The notes: generated by a model from the sequence alone, not told the origin. A stretch of DNA of 64,000 nt from Paragordius varius (GCA_964247055.1 OZ176050.1:9796001-9860000); one strand, 5' to 3'; positions 11,511 through 23,868 are shown, counted from the first letter of the stretch. A program made the numbers and translations.

Positions 11511-14500
11511 ATGGAAAAAATTAATTTATCATGTTTTAATCCAAATGTTGAGTTTACAAATTATATTACATATATTAAACGCAATTTGGAGGTCAAGAAT
11601 GTCGCAGCCACCGATGAAAATATGAAAGCATGTTTGTTGGCTTTCGGAGGAATCGAAAATATTAATAAAATTGAAAATTATTTCTATCCACAAGCAATAG
11701 ACGACATACCATTCCCAGATCTTTTAAACGCCGGCATAAAAATCTTCTCCCCCTCAAGGAATATTTTTTCGTCGCGTTTTGATTTAATTAAAATGAAGAG
11801 GGGGAGAACGGAAACGTTCACAGAATTCCTGTTAAGAGTTAAACAAATGGCCATCCACTGCCGGTTCTCGTCAAACATTGACGAGCACATCAGAGATGTA
11901 TTCATCGCCGGGTTAGACGAGCAAGCCGTGGAAATGGAACTATTCACACGGTTCCCAGAAGCTTTAGAAAACGGGGCTCCCGTTTCTCTAAATACGGTGG
12001 TAAATATTGCCTTATCACATGAGAAGGCACGAGATGGACTAACGAATACAGAAGTGCTGTCCATCAATATTGATAATGATAATAAAAGTAACAATAATAA
12101 GAACCACAGTAGTAATGGTGAAATAAACGAAATAGCCACACTTCACCAATCAAAGAGCAGCCATAGTAATAATAACCGACGAACCTGCACAAAATGTGGG
12201 ACGACTCATACGTTGGGACATTGCCCTGCCTATGGGAAAGAATGTTATAGATGCCATCGTTCAAACCACTTTGCTCGATGTTGTAAGGTAGTGTTTAAAG
12301 CATATTCCCTTTTTAATAAGACAAAAAAACCCCAAATTGTTCCTAAAATAAATAATATTCCTATTGAAATGATTTTTGATACGGGTGCCGATATTTCAAT
12401 CATAAATTATAAAAACTGGTGCCGTCTCGGCAAGCCAGCACTAGATTTTGATAACAATAATATTTTCATACATGCATACAATAATAATCGTATAAAAACA
12501 TTAGGTAAATGCAAATTACAGGTTGAATTAGATAAAAGAACGCACATTCTAGAGTGCTTTATTATAAACAACAACTTACCATCAATATTTGGAATGGACT
12601 GGATAAAACAATTTAATTTAAAATTACCCAATCATGTAATAATAAATAACTTATCTTCATATGATATATATAACAAATTTAGCAAGTTATTTTCTGAGGG
12701 CCTTGGTTGCTGGAAGGGCGACCCGATTAAAGTGTTTTTAAGTAATAATAATTGTGGTAGAATTTTTCCAAGTAGAAGGGTGCCACTATCATTACAAAGC
12801 AAAGTGGAGGATGAGATAAATAGATTGGTAAAACTGGATATAATTGAGCCTGTTGATCCAAAAAAGACTAGAATCGTTTGGTCCAGCCCTACTGTAAATA
12901 TTATAAAACCTAATAAAGAGCTTAGAATATGCGCGGATTTTAAAATAAGTATAAATCCACACATAAAACCGCCGCAATACATAATCCCAACCTTTGACGA
13001 CCTCATCTCAAAAATTTCCTTCGGCAAATCTTTCTCGACACTAGATTTGAAAGACGCCTATTTTCAAATTCCAGTAGACCCAGATAGTCAGCACTTACTA
13101 ACAATTTCGACACATAAGGGGTTTTATAAGTATAAACGATTGCCTTTCGGGTTAAATTGCGCCCCAAGTTTCTTTCAACAAATAATGGACGAGTTATTAA
13201 AAGATTGCGCAGGTACAGCCGTTTATTTAGATGACGTTATCGTGACAGGAGAAACCGAGACAAAGCACAAGGACAACCTAATAAAGGTATTTACCAAATT
13301 GGAGACAATGGGATTAAAATTGCGCAAAGATAAAATAAAACTTTTTCAACCATCTGTAGAATATCTTGGTCACATTATTTCTGAAAATTGCATTAAGCCC
13401 TCCCCAAACAAAATTAAAGCCATCCAAGAGTGCCCGACCCCGACCAACAAAACCACTCTTAGATCATTTTTGGGTTTACTTAATTTTCATGCAAAATTCA
13501 TCCCTTCCCTAAGCATTTTAATGGGAGAACTACATAAATTAGCAGGCAACAAACAAAAATGGTGTTGGACGCTAACGCATGATTCGATATTCAAAAAAGC
13601 TAAAGACTTGATCTGCCAGAGTAGTTCCTTGCATCCGTATAATCCCAAACTACCTATAGTCTTGGAAACCGACGCGTCAATGTCGGGATACGGTGCTATT
13701 TTATCACATAGAACAACAGCGGGTAATCGCCCGATCGCCTACACGTCAAAAAAATGCTCTCAGGCTGAAGGAAACTATTCAGTAATTGAGCGAGAAGCAA
13801 AATCTATCCTAATAGCGTTAGAGAAGTTTAAAACCTTTTTGTATGGCAGGAAATTTATAATACAAACGGACCACAAACCTTTAGTGAAACTATTTGGGCC
13901 TCAAAGAGATCTAAGTAAAATTAATAATTGTAAACTAGTACGCTGGATAACTAGAACATCGGTATTCGATTTTAACATAGAATATCACCCTGGTACAGAA
14001 AACATAGCTGACTGCCTATCGAGACTCCCCATTGAAAACCAGGAGCCGATGGCGTTTGAGAAAGATGATGAAAGTAGCAATGTTCATTTGATTTGGTCCA
14101 ACGAATTAAATTTAAATAGAGAAATTATCTATCAAGAGTCTATGAAGGATCCTACTATAGCAAAGTTAAAAGTAGCCCTAAGGTCTAATAATTGGACGGA
14201 CCCCCTGGTCAAGCCTTTCATAGCAATAAAAAATGAAATTGAGGATGCATACGGTCTATTATTTGTGGGAGATCGGGTAATAATCCCGAACAAAATTAAG
14301 CCAGATATTTTAAGATACCTGCATAGTGGCCATCCGGGAATACAAGCCATGAAACTATTAAGCCGTGAAAAGGTTTATTGGCCCGGGTTGAGCCAAGATA
14401 TCGATAAATGGGTGCGTAGTTGCCAAAATTGTCAAAGGCTGCGCCCAAATGTACCCGAAAATCCCACCTATCAATGGAACGGGAATACAACCATATGGGA

Positions 14501-15494
14501 ACGGCTCCACCTAGATATCGCTGGACCCATTGACAATTTATACTGGGTGGTACTAATTGATCATTGCACCCGCTGGGTGGAGGTAGAAACGTTACGTTCT
14601 GTGAATACCGGTAATATCCTTAAGTTTTTAGAAACCTGTTTTTGCCGGTATGGGTACCCAAAAGTGGTGGTTACTGATAACGGCTCTTATTTTAAATCGG
14701 GGGAGTTTGAGAGAACTTTAGCTTCCTCTAATATAAAACACGTAACATCAGCTCCCTACCACCCCCGAACAAATGGGTTGGTAGAGAGGGTAATTTACAC
14801 TCTAAAAAATCATTATTCAATGTCAACCCCACTTTCCGCAGACCTTTCCGCAGACCCAGTACGAAGATTAAACCAAATCTTATGGGCTTACCGAAACACG
14901 CATCACAGTTCTACGAAGGAGACTCCCGCGCATTTGTTTTTAAAAAGAACTATGCAAAGCCCATTAACATGGATGAAAACGAAACCCAACGAATTCATGG
15001 ATACTCCCGACATTCCGCAGGAGTTTGAAAAGGGGCAAAAAGTATATATCAAGAATGAATTGTGTTCTGGTTGGAGGGAGGGACAAATTGTCGACAGAAC
15101 GGGATGGTTATCGTACAATGTCAACGACAATGGCAAAATCATCCGCAAACATGCTGATCAATTAAGGAATCGCATGGATTGGTCGGCCGAAGGAGAAGAA
15201 GGGAGAAGTGAGGAAAAGACTAAAAACTTAAACAACAACTTAAACAGCAATGATAATAACAGTGAGGAAAAGACTAAAAACTTAACCAACAACTTAAACA
15301 ACAATGATAATAACCTCCGAAAACATCCCACGGAACATGAAATAAGAACCCCTGAAAACATCCAGGAGAATCCGGAATCAGAAAGTGTGCCTTCAAGTGA
15401 GAATACTCCTGTGCAAACAAGTGACACTTCTCCTACCACAACTCGCCGGTACCCGATTAGATCCCGAAAGCCACCCGACCGATATCAAGCTTAA
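11511..15494 (+). CDS. Gag-Pol polyprotein, 1327 aa, single frame
   Basis: Two zinc knuckles (CTKCGTTHTLGHC, CYRCHRSNHFARC), protease FDTGAD, RT LDLKDAY and YLDD, RNase H ETDAS and TDHKPL, integrase HHCC and DDE motifs (DIAGP, TDNG, NGLVER), and a low-complexity tail ending RKPPDRY. Confidence 0.97.
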   Translation: MEKINLSCFNPNVEFTNYITYIKRNLEVKNVAATDENMKACLLAFGGIENINKIENYFYPQAIDDIPFPDLLNAGIKIFSPSRNIFSSRFDLIKMKRGRTETFTEFLLRVKQMAIHCRFSSNIDEHIRDVFIAGLDEQAVEMELFTRFPEALENGAPVSLNTVVNIALSHEKARDGLTNTEVLSINIDNDNKSNNNKNHSSNGEINEIATLHQSKSSHSNNNRRTCTKCGTTHTLGHCPAYGKECYRCHRSNHFARCCKVVFKAYSLFNKTKKPQIVPKINNIPIEMIFDTGADISIINYKNWCRLGKPALDFDNNNIFIHAYNNNRIKTLGKCKLQVELDKRTHILECFIINNNLPSIFGMDWIKQFNLKLPNHVIINNLSSYDIYNKFSKLFSEGLGCWKGDPIKVFLSNNNCGRIFPSRRVPLSLQSKVEDEINRLVKLDIIEPVDPKKTRIVWSSPTVNIIKPNKELRICADFKISINPHIKPPQYIIPTFDDLISKISFGKSFSTLDLKDAYFQIPVDPDSQHLLTISTHKGFYKYKRLPFGLNCAPSFFQQIMDELLKDCAGTAVYLDDVIVTGETETKHKDNLIKVFTKLETMGLKLRKDKIKLFQPSVEYLGHIISENCIKPSPNKIKAIQECPTPTNKTTLRSFLGLLNFHAKFIPSLSILMGELHKLAGNKQKWCWTLTHDSIFKKAKDLICQSSSLHPYNPKLPIVLETDASMSGYGAILSHRTTAGNRPIAYTSKKCSQAEGNYSVIEREAKSILIALEKFKTFLYGRKFIIQTDHKPLVKLFGPQRDLSKINNCKLVRWITRTSVFDFNIEYHPGTENIADCLSRLPIENQEPMAFEKDDESSNVHLIWSNELNLNREIIYQESMKDPTIAKLKVALRSNNWTDPLVKPFIAIKNEIEDAYGLLFVGDRVIIPNKIKPDILRYLHSGHPGIQAMKLLSREKVYWPGLSQDIDKWVRSCQNCQRLRPNVPENPTYQWNGNTTIWERLHLDIAGPIDNLYWVVLIDHCTRWVEVETLRSVNTGNILKFLETCFCRYGYPKVVVTDNGSYFKSGEFERTLASSNIKHVTSAPYHPRTNGLVERVIYTLKNHYSMSTPLSADLSADPVRRLNQILWAYRNTHHSSTKETPAHLFLKRTMQSPLTWMKTKPNEFMDTPDIPQEFEKGQKVYIKNELCSGWREGQIVDRTGWLSYNVNDNGKIIRKHADQLRNRMDWSAEGEEGRSEEKTKNLNNNLNSNDNNSEEKTKNLTNNLNNNDNNLRKHPTEHEIRTPENIQENPESESVPSSENTPVQTSDTSPTTTRRYPIRSRKPPDRYQA

Positions 15495-15503
15495 GGAAGA
15501 AGG
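15493..15503 (+). promoter_or_regulatory. Polypurine tract
   Basis: AAGGAAGAAGG lies immediately upstream of the 3' LTR. Confidence 0.85.
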
Positions 15504-15505
15504 TA

Positions 15506-15810
15506 TGTTAAAAGGGTTATCATCATACGCAAATTATCCTTCTCTTTTTTAGGCATAATACACTTTGGTCCTTGTTACGTTAAAAATATATATTACCTTG
15601 GTTGTGAATGCAAATTATTTTATTTATACTTATTATCTTTAACAACGTTTAAACCACACAACTTTATCCTTGTGAATGCAATAACCAAATTTCCTAATGT
15701 ATATAAGGAATCATTGTAACACACAGAACACATTATATTATATTATTCAGTTTTGATGTTATACTAAATAAATAAATATATCCTTTATAATTTATATTAA
15801 CTATTTGTCA
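15506..15810 (+). repeat. 3' LTR
   Basis: Direct repeat of 11184-11488, followed by the TSD TAAAA. Confidence 0.96.
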
Positions 15811-16702
15811 TAAAAATACAACCAAAATACTCACAATTATAAATCAAACAATTTATTATAAATTGCCAAATATATAGTCAAAGAAATATAATGTAACATG
15901 ATAAATGAAACAAATTTTAAAAATATAATATGAAAATCTAAGAAAGGTATATAATGAGTGTTGAATTAAATATGGGATCTAAAAAAATTATTTAATTTTA
16001 AAAAATTATTGCACCAAGCGATTCACTGGTCAAACTCCTTCTCAAATCTGAAAATAAATTAAGGGCTAAAAAACTCCTTTCAACGGAGACCCATATATAC
16101 GAACATGTATATAATAAATAAAAAAGTCATGACTATTAGTTTTTTTAAGCCTAATCGCCCAAAATTCCGAGAGTATCGCTAATATAATATTAGGCGCTTA
16201 GTTTGAGGTTTGAAGTTTGATATATGTAATATGTAGGTGTACCATCAATTTTAAATAATAAAATAAATTTTTATAATAAAATCATGCGGGAACTACTAAT
16301 TAAGGGGGTGAAACTGGAACCGGGTTGGTTACTGACGGTTGGAACCGGAAGGTTAGTTCCTAAAATTTATAGAAAGAACCAGGATGGTTGCTGATATTTT
16401 GGAATCAGTACCGGGGTGGTTCCTGGGAAAGTGGAACCGAAACCGCGTTGGTTTCATTCATAGGAACCGATTCTTGCTGAAATCCCAGGAATCGGGTTCC
16501 GGTTCCAAGCCCTGCTTTAAACTTTGGGAAGGGAACCGATGAACATAATATGTTTTTAACACAGATATAACATACAGTATATACACTTTTTTTATAAAAA
16601 GTTTTAAAATTGTATCATTGAACCGAGCTTTAACCGCTAGATGGCAGTCACTGTTAATCAGGTTAGTGTTAAAACATTTTATGGGGCACTAAAATTGAGT
16701 CT

Positions 16703-19700
16703 TTACTCTTTAATCAAAAATTTTCGGAAAGACCAATGTAAAATATACTTTTGGCATCCTTCAAGTATATGTTGAGGCTTAGTACAAGTGCAAGATACGG
16801 CATGAGACTTAGAATTAACTAATAATTTCGGAGGATGAGAAGAGTATAAAGGTTGCATGGATATTGATCCTTGTATTTTCTTCTTTTGACTTTTGTCTTC
16901 ATTAATAGCGTTATTAAAGCCCATATCAGTATCAATAATGTGTTGATTTGAGTTTGATGCATTGCTCGTATTTGTAGTCGTAGTAGTAAAAAGCCACTTA
17001 TATTTGGAATGACCTATAAAATATAATCTAAGGGAGTTATCGTTTAATGATTTATAAACTTTTAATATTATATTTGTAATTCAAGTATTTTTTTTACAAA
17101 AATGGCAAAATATTTTATTGATATACTAAGTAATATTTTATGATTGGTTCCAAAAAATTATAAACAAAACTATATTTATAGCGAAAATGTTCTTCATGTT
17201 TAAATTAATATACCTAGAAGATCTCGAGATTTGGATTTCCGTTTTGTTCCATCCCGTGAACATAGTTGAAAGATGCAACGATATTTTTTAAACACAATTA
17301 TTGCAACTATACAAACGAAGCAAAAAAACGGAACTAAGATACTTGCCATTGTAATTAATTTGGAGTTACCTGTTTCATTCAAATATTCAGCACATTAGTT
17401 AATACATTTTAATAGTTTGGGGCCTTTTTATTTATACATATTGGGACCACTCGAAACGAATATAACCGGTCTCTGACTTCTAAATATAGTCATTCATGGT
17501 TATAAGTAGTCATTACCAACGTAAAATATATGTTAAATCAAGTTGTTCAAATTTAATTTAATTATTAATTATAATTTAAGAGATTATTTAATATATTTAA
17601 GTTTTATACCATTTTATATAAATTAATCAGATGTTAAACATTTAATATGTTTATTAAGCGGTCAGAGTCACGGTTAAGAATGTTATATATTTTTTATTAT
17701 GCGAACTCTCAACTTTTCCATCAACCATGTCGATGATTGATTTTGTTCAAATAATACGTGTGAAATCAAAAACTTTACACACCCTTTCTTATTTTATTCA
17801 AAACCAATAGAATTCGTAATTTTCTCTTATTAATCAAATTTCCTGTTTTTAAAAGAAAATATAAGAGGATTGAAAATTTGGGAGGCGCATTTGCGAAGAC
17901 CGATGAAATTGAAAATTTTATTTATATAGCATTATACCATAATTAAAGTTGATGTAAAGAAATTTCAGTATATTCTATTAATTTGAAACTAATGTCAAAG
18001 TCTTACTTAGGAGTACAGTTTTGTAGGTAAACGAGCTTTATATTTAAAATATCTTAATTAAAAATAATCAATGGTCGTATGTATCTCCGACGGTTAAATT
18101 AATTTTTAAGGTGCACAATATAAAATAAGGCCCAAAACTTATGCCATATTTTAATGTTTCAAAAAACTCAGGAGCAGAAACCGTTTTAAAACCAAATCGT
18201 ATGTTAGCTTGATTTGTGGTTATCTGCTACTTTTTCTTACTGTAATTTTTAGACGTTCAGTGTATTATTACATTAAAACATGTTCGCATTTAGCGTTATT
18301 TTTGGTTATGCCCTAATTATTTAATAATCAAATATTTGTTTTATCTTAAAATTCTGTCCGTAAAAACGGATACAATATATATTTTATAAAATGGCAATAC
18401 AATTTATTTCGTCGGATGAATCTGAGGCTGGGCATTCAAGATTTTTGTTGCATTTTAATGAAGAGGGCAAACAAAATTTTTTGGGAATACATTTTCGTTC
18501 CTGCATACTTCCCAAACATGCTTGACTAGTTTGACATATCACTCCGGTACAGTTTTCTAACAAAAAAATTAAGTTTCTTTATATCACTGGTTCCCAACCT
18601 ATTTTCGTTCATGTCCCCCATGAAAAAAATAAATTCTTACCCCCCCCCCCTCCTTCCCAAAAAAAATAAAAATGCAAGAGCTTATTATAAAAATCATAAT
18701 CAATGAGATCCTTGTGTCTGCGATTGTGGGAAATATTTTCTACATATCGGGGACAAATATTAATCAATTGCACCTGAAAACCTTTTTAAACTACAATTTG
18801 TTTCTAGTGATATTTTATAGAATTTTTGGCGCCCCCCCCCCCCCCCCATATTTTTCTACCTCCTCCCAAGAAATATTATTGGCATTTCGGTTTTTAAATT
18901 GGTTAAAACCAGATTTGGTTCATATATCTGTTGGCACATATGAGATTTTTATTTTTGTTAATTACATATTTGAAAATTATGGAGAAAATATGGCCGCGCG
19001 TTTAAATTAATATGTAACTAATAAAATGAAAAAACTGAAACAAGGCAACAGGCAAGCAAATTAAATTACCGAAATGGCCAATAATGACTTTCGTTTTTGT
19101 ATTTGATATACAGCCTAATTTATCATCCTCTTAAACTATGATATCAAATTTTGTAGAATATTATTACAGTATTTAATATTTTTTAATATTATGTAAAATT
19201 TATGAATAAAATGTACGACAAGACACGCGACCTTGAATGGACACTTGAGACCATCGTAACTCAAATCCTGGATAAATTCCTTTGGCATCTGAAGATGTAT
19301 AAAATCTGTGCAATCAAAAATAATATGTAAACAGGAATATAGTTAATATTGAGTTTTAATGTAGAAAATTTCTAATGCAAGTACACTGTGTGTTTGCCAA
19401 CTTAATTGCATTTATAATTTGTTTTCTTATACTGGATCATACAGATAAGATGTTAGCTATAAGGACGTTTGAAAATAAAAACGTTTACTCATTCCTAGTG
19501 CATATTATATATTCCAAAATCAAGGTCAAGATTAAAAAAGTAGAAATAATTTATCTTTCGAAAGTTTTTTTACTTTTTTTTGTTTTGAGGAAGAAATCTT
19601 AAATTTAATTAATTAATACTTAATTAATGCGATATTGCTTTCGGAAAGATAAGAGCGGTCATATTCATTCTGATAATATTTTATGTTGCCACAAAGATTA

Positions 19701-22037
19701 AGGATGTTGCTTGCATCCTGATGTATTAAATAATATTCTGCATCATAGATTTTGACTTGTGCCATATTGCATCCTGCTAAAATAAACATATATGGCATAA
19801 ATGGTAACTTTGTTTTTTAAGAGTTTCGAATAGAGCATGAGGAAGATGAAATTGGTTTGATAAATTGTTAATATCATTATTCCCTAAATTATAAATCATG
19901 CAATAAATAAGTGATTCCCATCCTGAAGAGTAGTACACCCCCTTTAGCGGGTGTAAAAATATATTATTGTATTTGTGCTCCTGTAAACACATATTTAATT
20001 ATAAAAGTTAAAACTTTTAAATTTATTCACAAGTTAATCAATGGATTCATAGATTAAAGGTATTAGATAATATTTTTGGGAAAAACAGGAAAAGCTGTTT
20101 TTATAATTACCATCAGCCCTTTTGGAACCGTTTAAAATTATAGAACGGGAGATAAAGGACCGTTTTATTTAAACTCTTAATTCAAGTTATGGCATGCAAA
20201 ATAGTTCTAGCTAGGAGAGCATATTAAAATAATTTTATGTTAAGAGGGCCTTAGACAGAAAAGGATGGGAACTACATTATAAATTTGGAAATCAGGACAA
20301 TTCAAAGTGTTTAATGAAAATATCTCAAACGATAAATCCTATAATAAAACCATTTTTATCGGGGAATCTAGTTCTGCGCATAACTATATTTCTTGATAAA
20401 GATAGACATTTTATGGTTGATATGCTTATTTATTTTTAATTCTAAAGCACTTCTCCACCTTAATGAAATTTCCATTGTGCCCCTTCTTAGAGTTTAGTGG
20501 TGTGGTATATCAGCAAAAATGAAGCAATTCATTTTGCAATCCTTTTGTATTTATCGAAAAACTATTTTGCTATGTAACATTTAATTGTTATTTTATTTAA
20601 TTGTTTACAAATATGACTGGGGCATGGCTAAGTTTTAAAATAAAATTTTAAGAACATATCATTATAAAATTATATGACTAACGAAACATGCCTCTACTTA
20701 TATTCGAAAAACATAAATTAATTTTTAAATCATAAAGAATTACACGGTTAGCTCACCTCTGCCATATATTATGTTAATTTATTTGAAAGAAATGAATAAA
20801 AAATAGTTATCAAAATATCTTTTAAACTAAATAAATAGCTTATGAATAAGGGAAATTCGTTTTTATATCCTGAAATTTTATACATGAAAGAAAAAATAAT
20901 ATAAATAATTTAAAAAATCGTTTAAATAGAAATGTAAAATTTAAATGTCCAAAACTTTAATTTAAAGCTCATGAGAGTAATAATATTTTAAATACATAAA
21001 TTATAATATATCACAAAATGTAACTGTAAACCAACTCTATATGACTAATGTAGGTAAATTAGGCATTATCATAAATTTAGACCAAAGTGAAATTTAAAAG
21101 CTATATTATAAATGCATGATGCCTGAATATTCCAAATTAATAAATAGTTTACATCTTATTTAAAAAATCCATAATATGTATTACATACATAAGCCTCCCT
21201 CCATGTCAAGATCTTCCATACGCAAGTATATTTTCCAGCCCTCAATCACTTGTATAATCCAAACACACAAAAGATTTGGTTCATAACTGAATGGGTAACC
21301 AGGAGATCGTATAGTTCCCGATTCTCTACCCCTTATGTAAAAGCCACAATTCCTAGGCCCAATTGGGGAGCCGAAAGATTCTATTAATTTTACAAAATAA
21401 GGTTTGGTGTTTAACCGATCAAAAGATAGCAACCGGTCCCGTTTAATATACAGTTTTATTTAAAACAGGGGTGTTCAACATGCGGCCCTCTAAAAAAATT
21501 TTACAGCCCACGAAAAATTTGAAAAAAAAAACAAATAAATACTATATTATATAATTTTAGAAATTATCATGAACCGTAAAGATATCTAAATTTAAATTTT
21601 TTTGTTAAAGCTAAATGTAGGCAAAGCTTAATGAATCTATCCAAATTTTGCCAATGAAATCATCATAAAATTATCAGTAGATATATCGGGGTCGTAAATT
21701 TTTTACAGTTTTATAATGATTGAAAAAGAATAAATTTTCAATGCGACCCGCAATTAGAGTTGAAAATGTGGCCCGGGAAACGAATTTGTGTTGGACACCT
21801 CTGATTTAAAGTCATAAACAGCCATCATTACTACAAATGTTAAAATATGTTGGAAACCAAAAATTGATATTAAAAGTTTTTAACTGGTTATTTTATAAAC
21901 GATCACGGTTATGAAAGCATGCATTCATATCCGGTCAAAGTCAACCCTAATAAACATAATTTTAAATGCTTTTACACAATTTTTATTTGTGACGTGGATA
22001 TTTGTTAATGGTAAAATACAAATAATGAAAATTTGGA

Positions 22038-22071
<34 letters not shown>

Positions 22072-22848
22072 AAAATTATAAATAATTACATGGAAATAGA
22101 CAAGCATTTAAATTATTACTCTCAGACGTATTCCTATTTCCATCTTGGCCAATAATATTTTTATGGTAATCTGTTATGGCCGTTGTTTGTGATTGCTGTT
22201 CGTTATTGATATCCTTACTATCATTGTTTGTTAAGTGGGACGTAGGAAGTATGATATGACCAAAAGGATTATCAAAATTTTCAACATGATTAATGCTATG
22301 ATAAAATGATTTATCGAGGGCAACTGTCACTCCATACATTTTATCAAAGTTTTCTGTCTCATTTAGTATAAAAATTAAAACAATAAAACTTAGCATTTAA
22401 TTTTATTTTAGTGAGTTGTGACACCTCAAAAATTTGTATAGTTTAATAGCTAACTAAGTTTAGTGATATATAACGGGCTAAATATAAAGATTAAAGACTT
22501 CCATAAACTATTAGCCGTTATTTTTCAACTATAACCAATGTTTAAATGGAATATATGAACCTTATTTTATTTGTGAGTTAAATAAAATTGAATAAATTAC
22601 CTTCTGCTACGAATTCATATGTCATGTTTAAACGATATTGGTCAAGCATTCTGTCATTTGCCAATATATTGCCGTAGGGTAGTTTAAGTTTTAGCCTGAT
22701 TTCAATGTGACTCTTGAACAAAAATAAGTGTGAGGGTAAATTCGATTGGGAGCGATTATTTTTTGTCGTAAGTCCACAAAAACGACCAATCAAGTGTTTA
22801 AGCCCAATCACGGATACTTGATAAATTTCGGCATAGTTTGTAAGACAT
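16703..22848 (-). CDS. Neto-like (neuropilin/tolloid-like) CUB-CUB-LDLa-transmembrane protein, 3' eight exons
   Basis: Phase-compatible GT-AG exons 22601-22848, 22120-22353, 21189-21380, 19620-19776, 19217-19305, 18401-18556, 17214-17369 and 16703-17013. Domains: end of a CUB (RFCG...HIEIRLK), a full CUB (CGFYI...GTIRSPGYP...CVWII...LCG...IKFYTSS...GFELRW), LDLa (FCLPSSLKCNKNLECPASDSSDEINC) and TM (ILVPFFCFVCIVAIIVF, then KK). Neto is an architecture-based assignment, not proven orthology. Confidence 0.8.
18585..19010. mobile_element. hAT-like MITE remnant in a Neto-like intron
   Basis: Begins CACTGGTTCCCAACCT, resembling hAT CAGTGGTTCCCAACCT ends. A related start with a similar C-rich tract occurs near 44310. 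The right boundary is approximate. Confidence 0.45.
21466..21803. mobile_element. hAT MITE, 338 bp
   Basis: Ends CAGGGGTGTTCAAC...GTTGGACACCTCTG, with flanks ATTTAAAA and ATTTAAAG (7/8 TSD match). Confidence 0.8.
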
Positions 22849-23868
22849 CTAAAATTACATGGTTTTTTAATTATGGTTAGAGACATATTTGATAAATTCA
22901 AAAGGTTTAAGATAGAAATCTCTATTGTAGCTTTAGAGTTTTAGCACCGTAAAGAGCACTTGAATTTTAAAAACAAATAAGATACAACTTTCACCAAGAA
23001 TCAAGCCCGGACCTGTTTTTCCGGAACCTGTTGTGAAGCGAACGAATAAGAAAACATAAGTTATAAGGTTTATTTTATGCAATAGTAAATAATGTTGACC
23101 TTCTTTTTAATTCACACCTATCACTTTTTTATTTATTGTTAATTAACTAAACTATTTTAAATTGAATATTTTCCGTTAAATATGTAGTCTTTTAATCTTC
23201 AATTCAATTTGGTTAGTCGATCTTATTTTTAAATTAATTAATCCAAATTGAAGTTTTTTGATTTAACACCAACGTTTTTTTGAAGTAGAACTTATATTTC
23301 TACATTTTAATTAATCGAATATAATTTAATGTTTTGAATGCTTATTTAACAATTAAAAGCTTAAAACTCTTAAGCCATTTTTTAATAAGATTTATTCAAA
23401 TAATAAGTATTGATTTTGATTGAAAAAGTGTTAAGTTTGATCAAAAAATGTTGTTGAAAAGTATTTGCTTCGAATGAAAAAGGCTGTATTTTAGTTTGTA
23501 GTTTAAATAGTCAATAAAACTTTATTGATTCAAATTTGCTTCTTTCGCATTGTATCAAAACAATAACGCCATATGTATATAATGTATATGAATCTAAATC
23601 AAAGGCATTTGACTTAAAATACGGAACCTAATCTTTGCAATCGGAAATTACATGTCTAAATGACAAAAAATTGTTTTGAAACTGAAACCAAATACGCTTA
23701 CGATTCTTAATTTTTTACCACCATTTATATTATATATATTTAGATGAGGTTTATCAAAAAAAGTATATCGACAAATTAACTATATTATAAAGATTTACAC
23801 AACTTGGCTCACATAATTCACACTTAGTAAAATATTTCGTTATTCATAAAACGGCAAAAATAACTTAC

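Larger units (their letters stand above)
11184..15810 (+). mobile_element. Intact Ty3/Gypsy LTR retrotransposon (Mag-like), 4627 bp
   Basis: Two 305-bp TG...CA LTRs that appear identical by eye, a 5-bp TSD TAAAA (11179-11183 and 15811-15815), a PBS starting TGG, a PPT, and a single gag-pol ORF in PR-RT-RH-IN order. Confidence 0.97.
10925..16514. mobile_element. Non-autonomous hAT-type MITE (about 960 bp of its own sequence) carrying a nested Gypsy element
   Basis: Perfect TIRs CAGGGCTTGGAACCGGAACC...GGTTCCGGTTCCAAGCCCTG and a perfect 8-bp TSD CTTTAAAC (10917-10924 and 16515-16522). Arrays of GGAACC/GGTTCC subterminal motifs lie at both ends. CAGGG ends with an 8-bp TSD are typical of hAT. 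Confidence 0.92.

Noticed and set aside
11684-15439. Several minus-strand ORFs up to 151 aa inside the Gypsy element
   Set aside because: They are antisense shadows of the long gag-pol ORF with no independent motifs.
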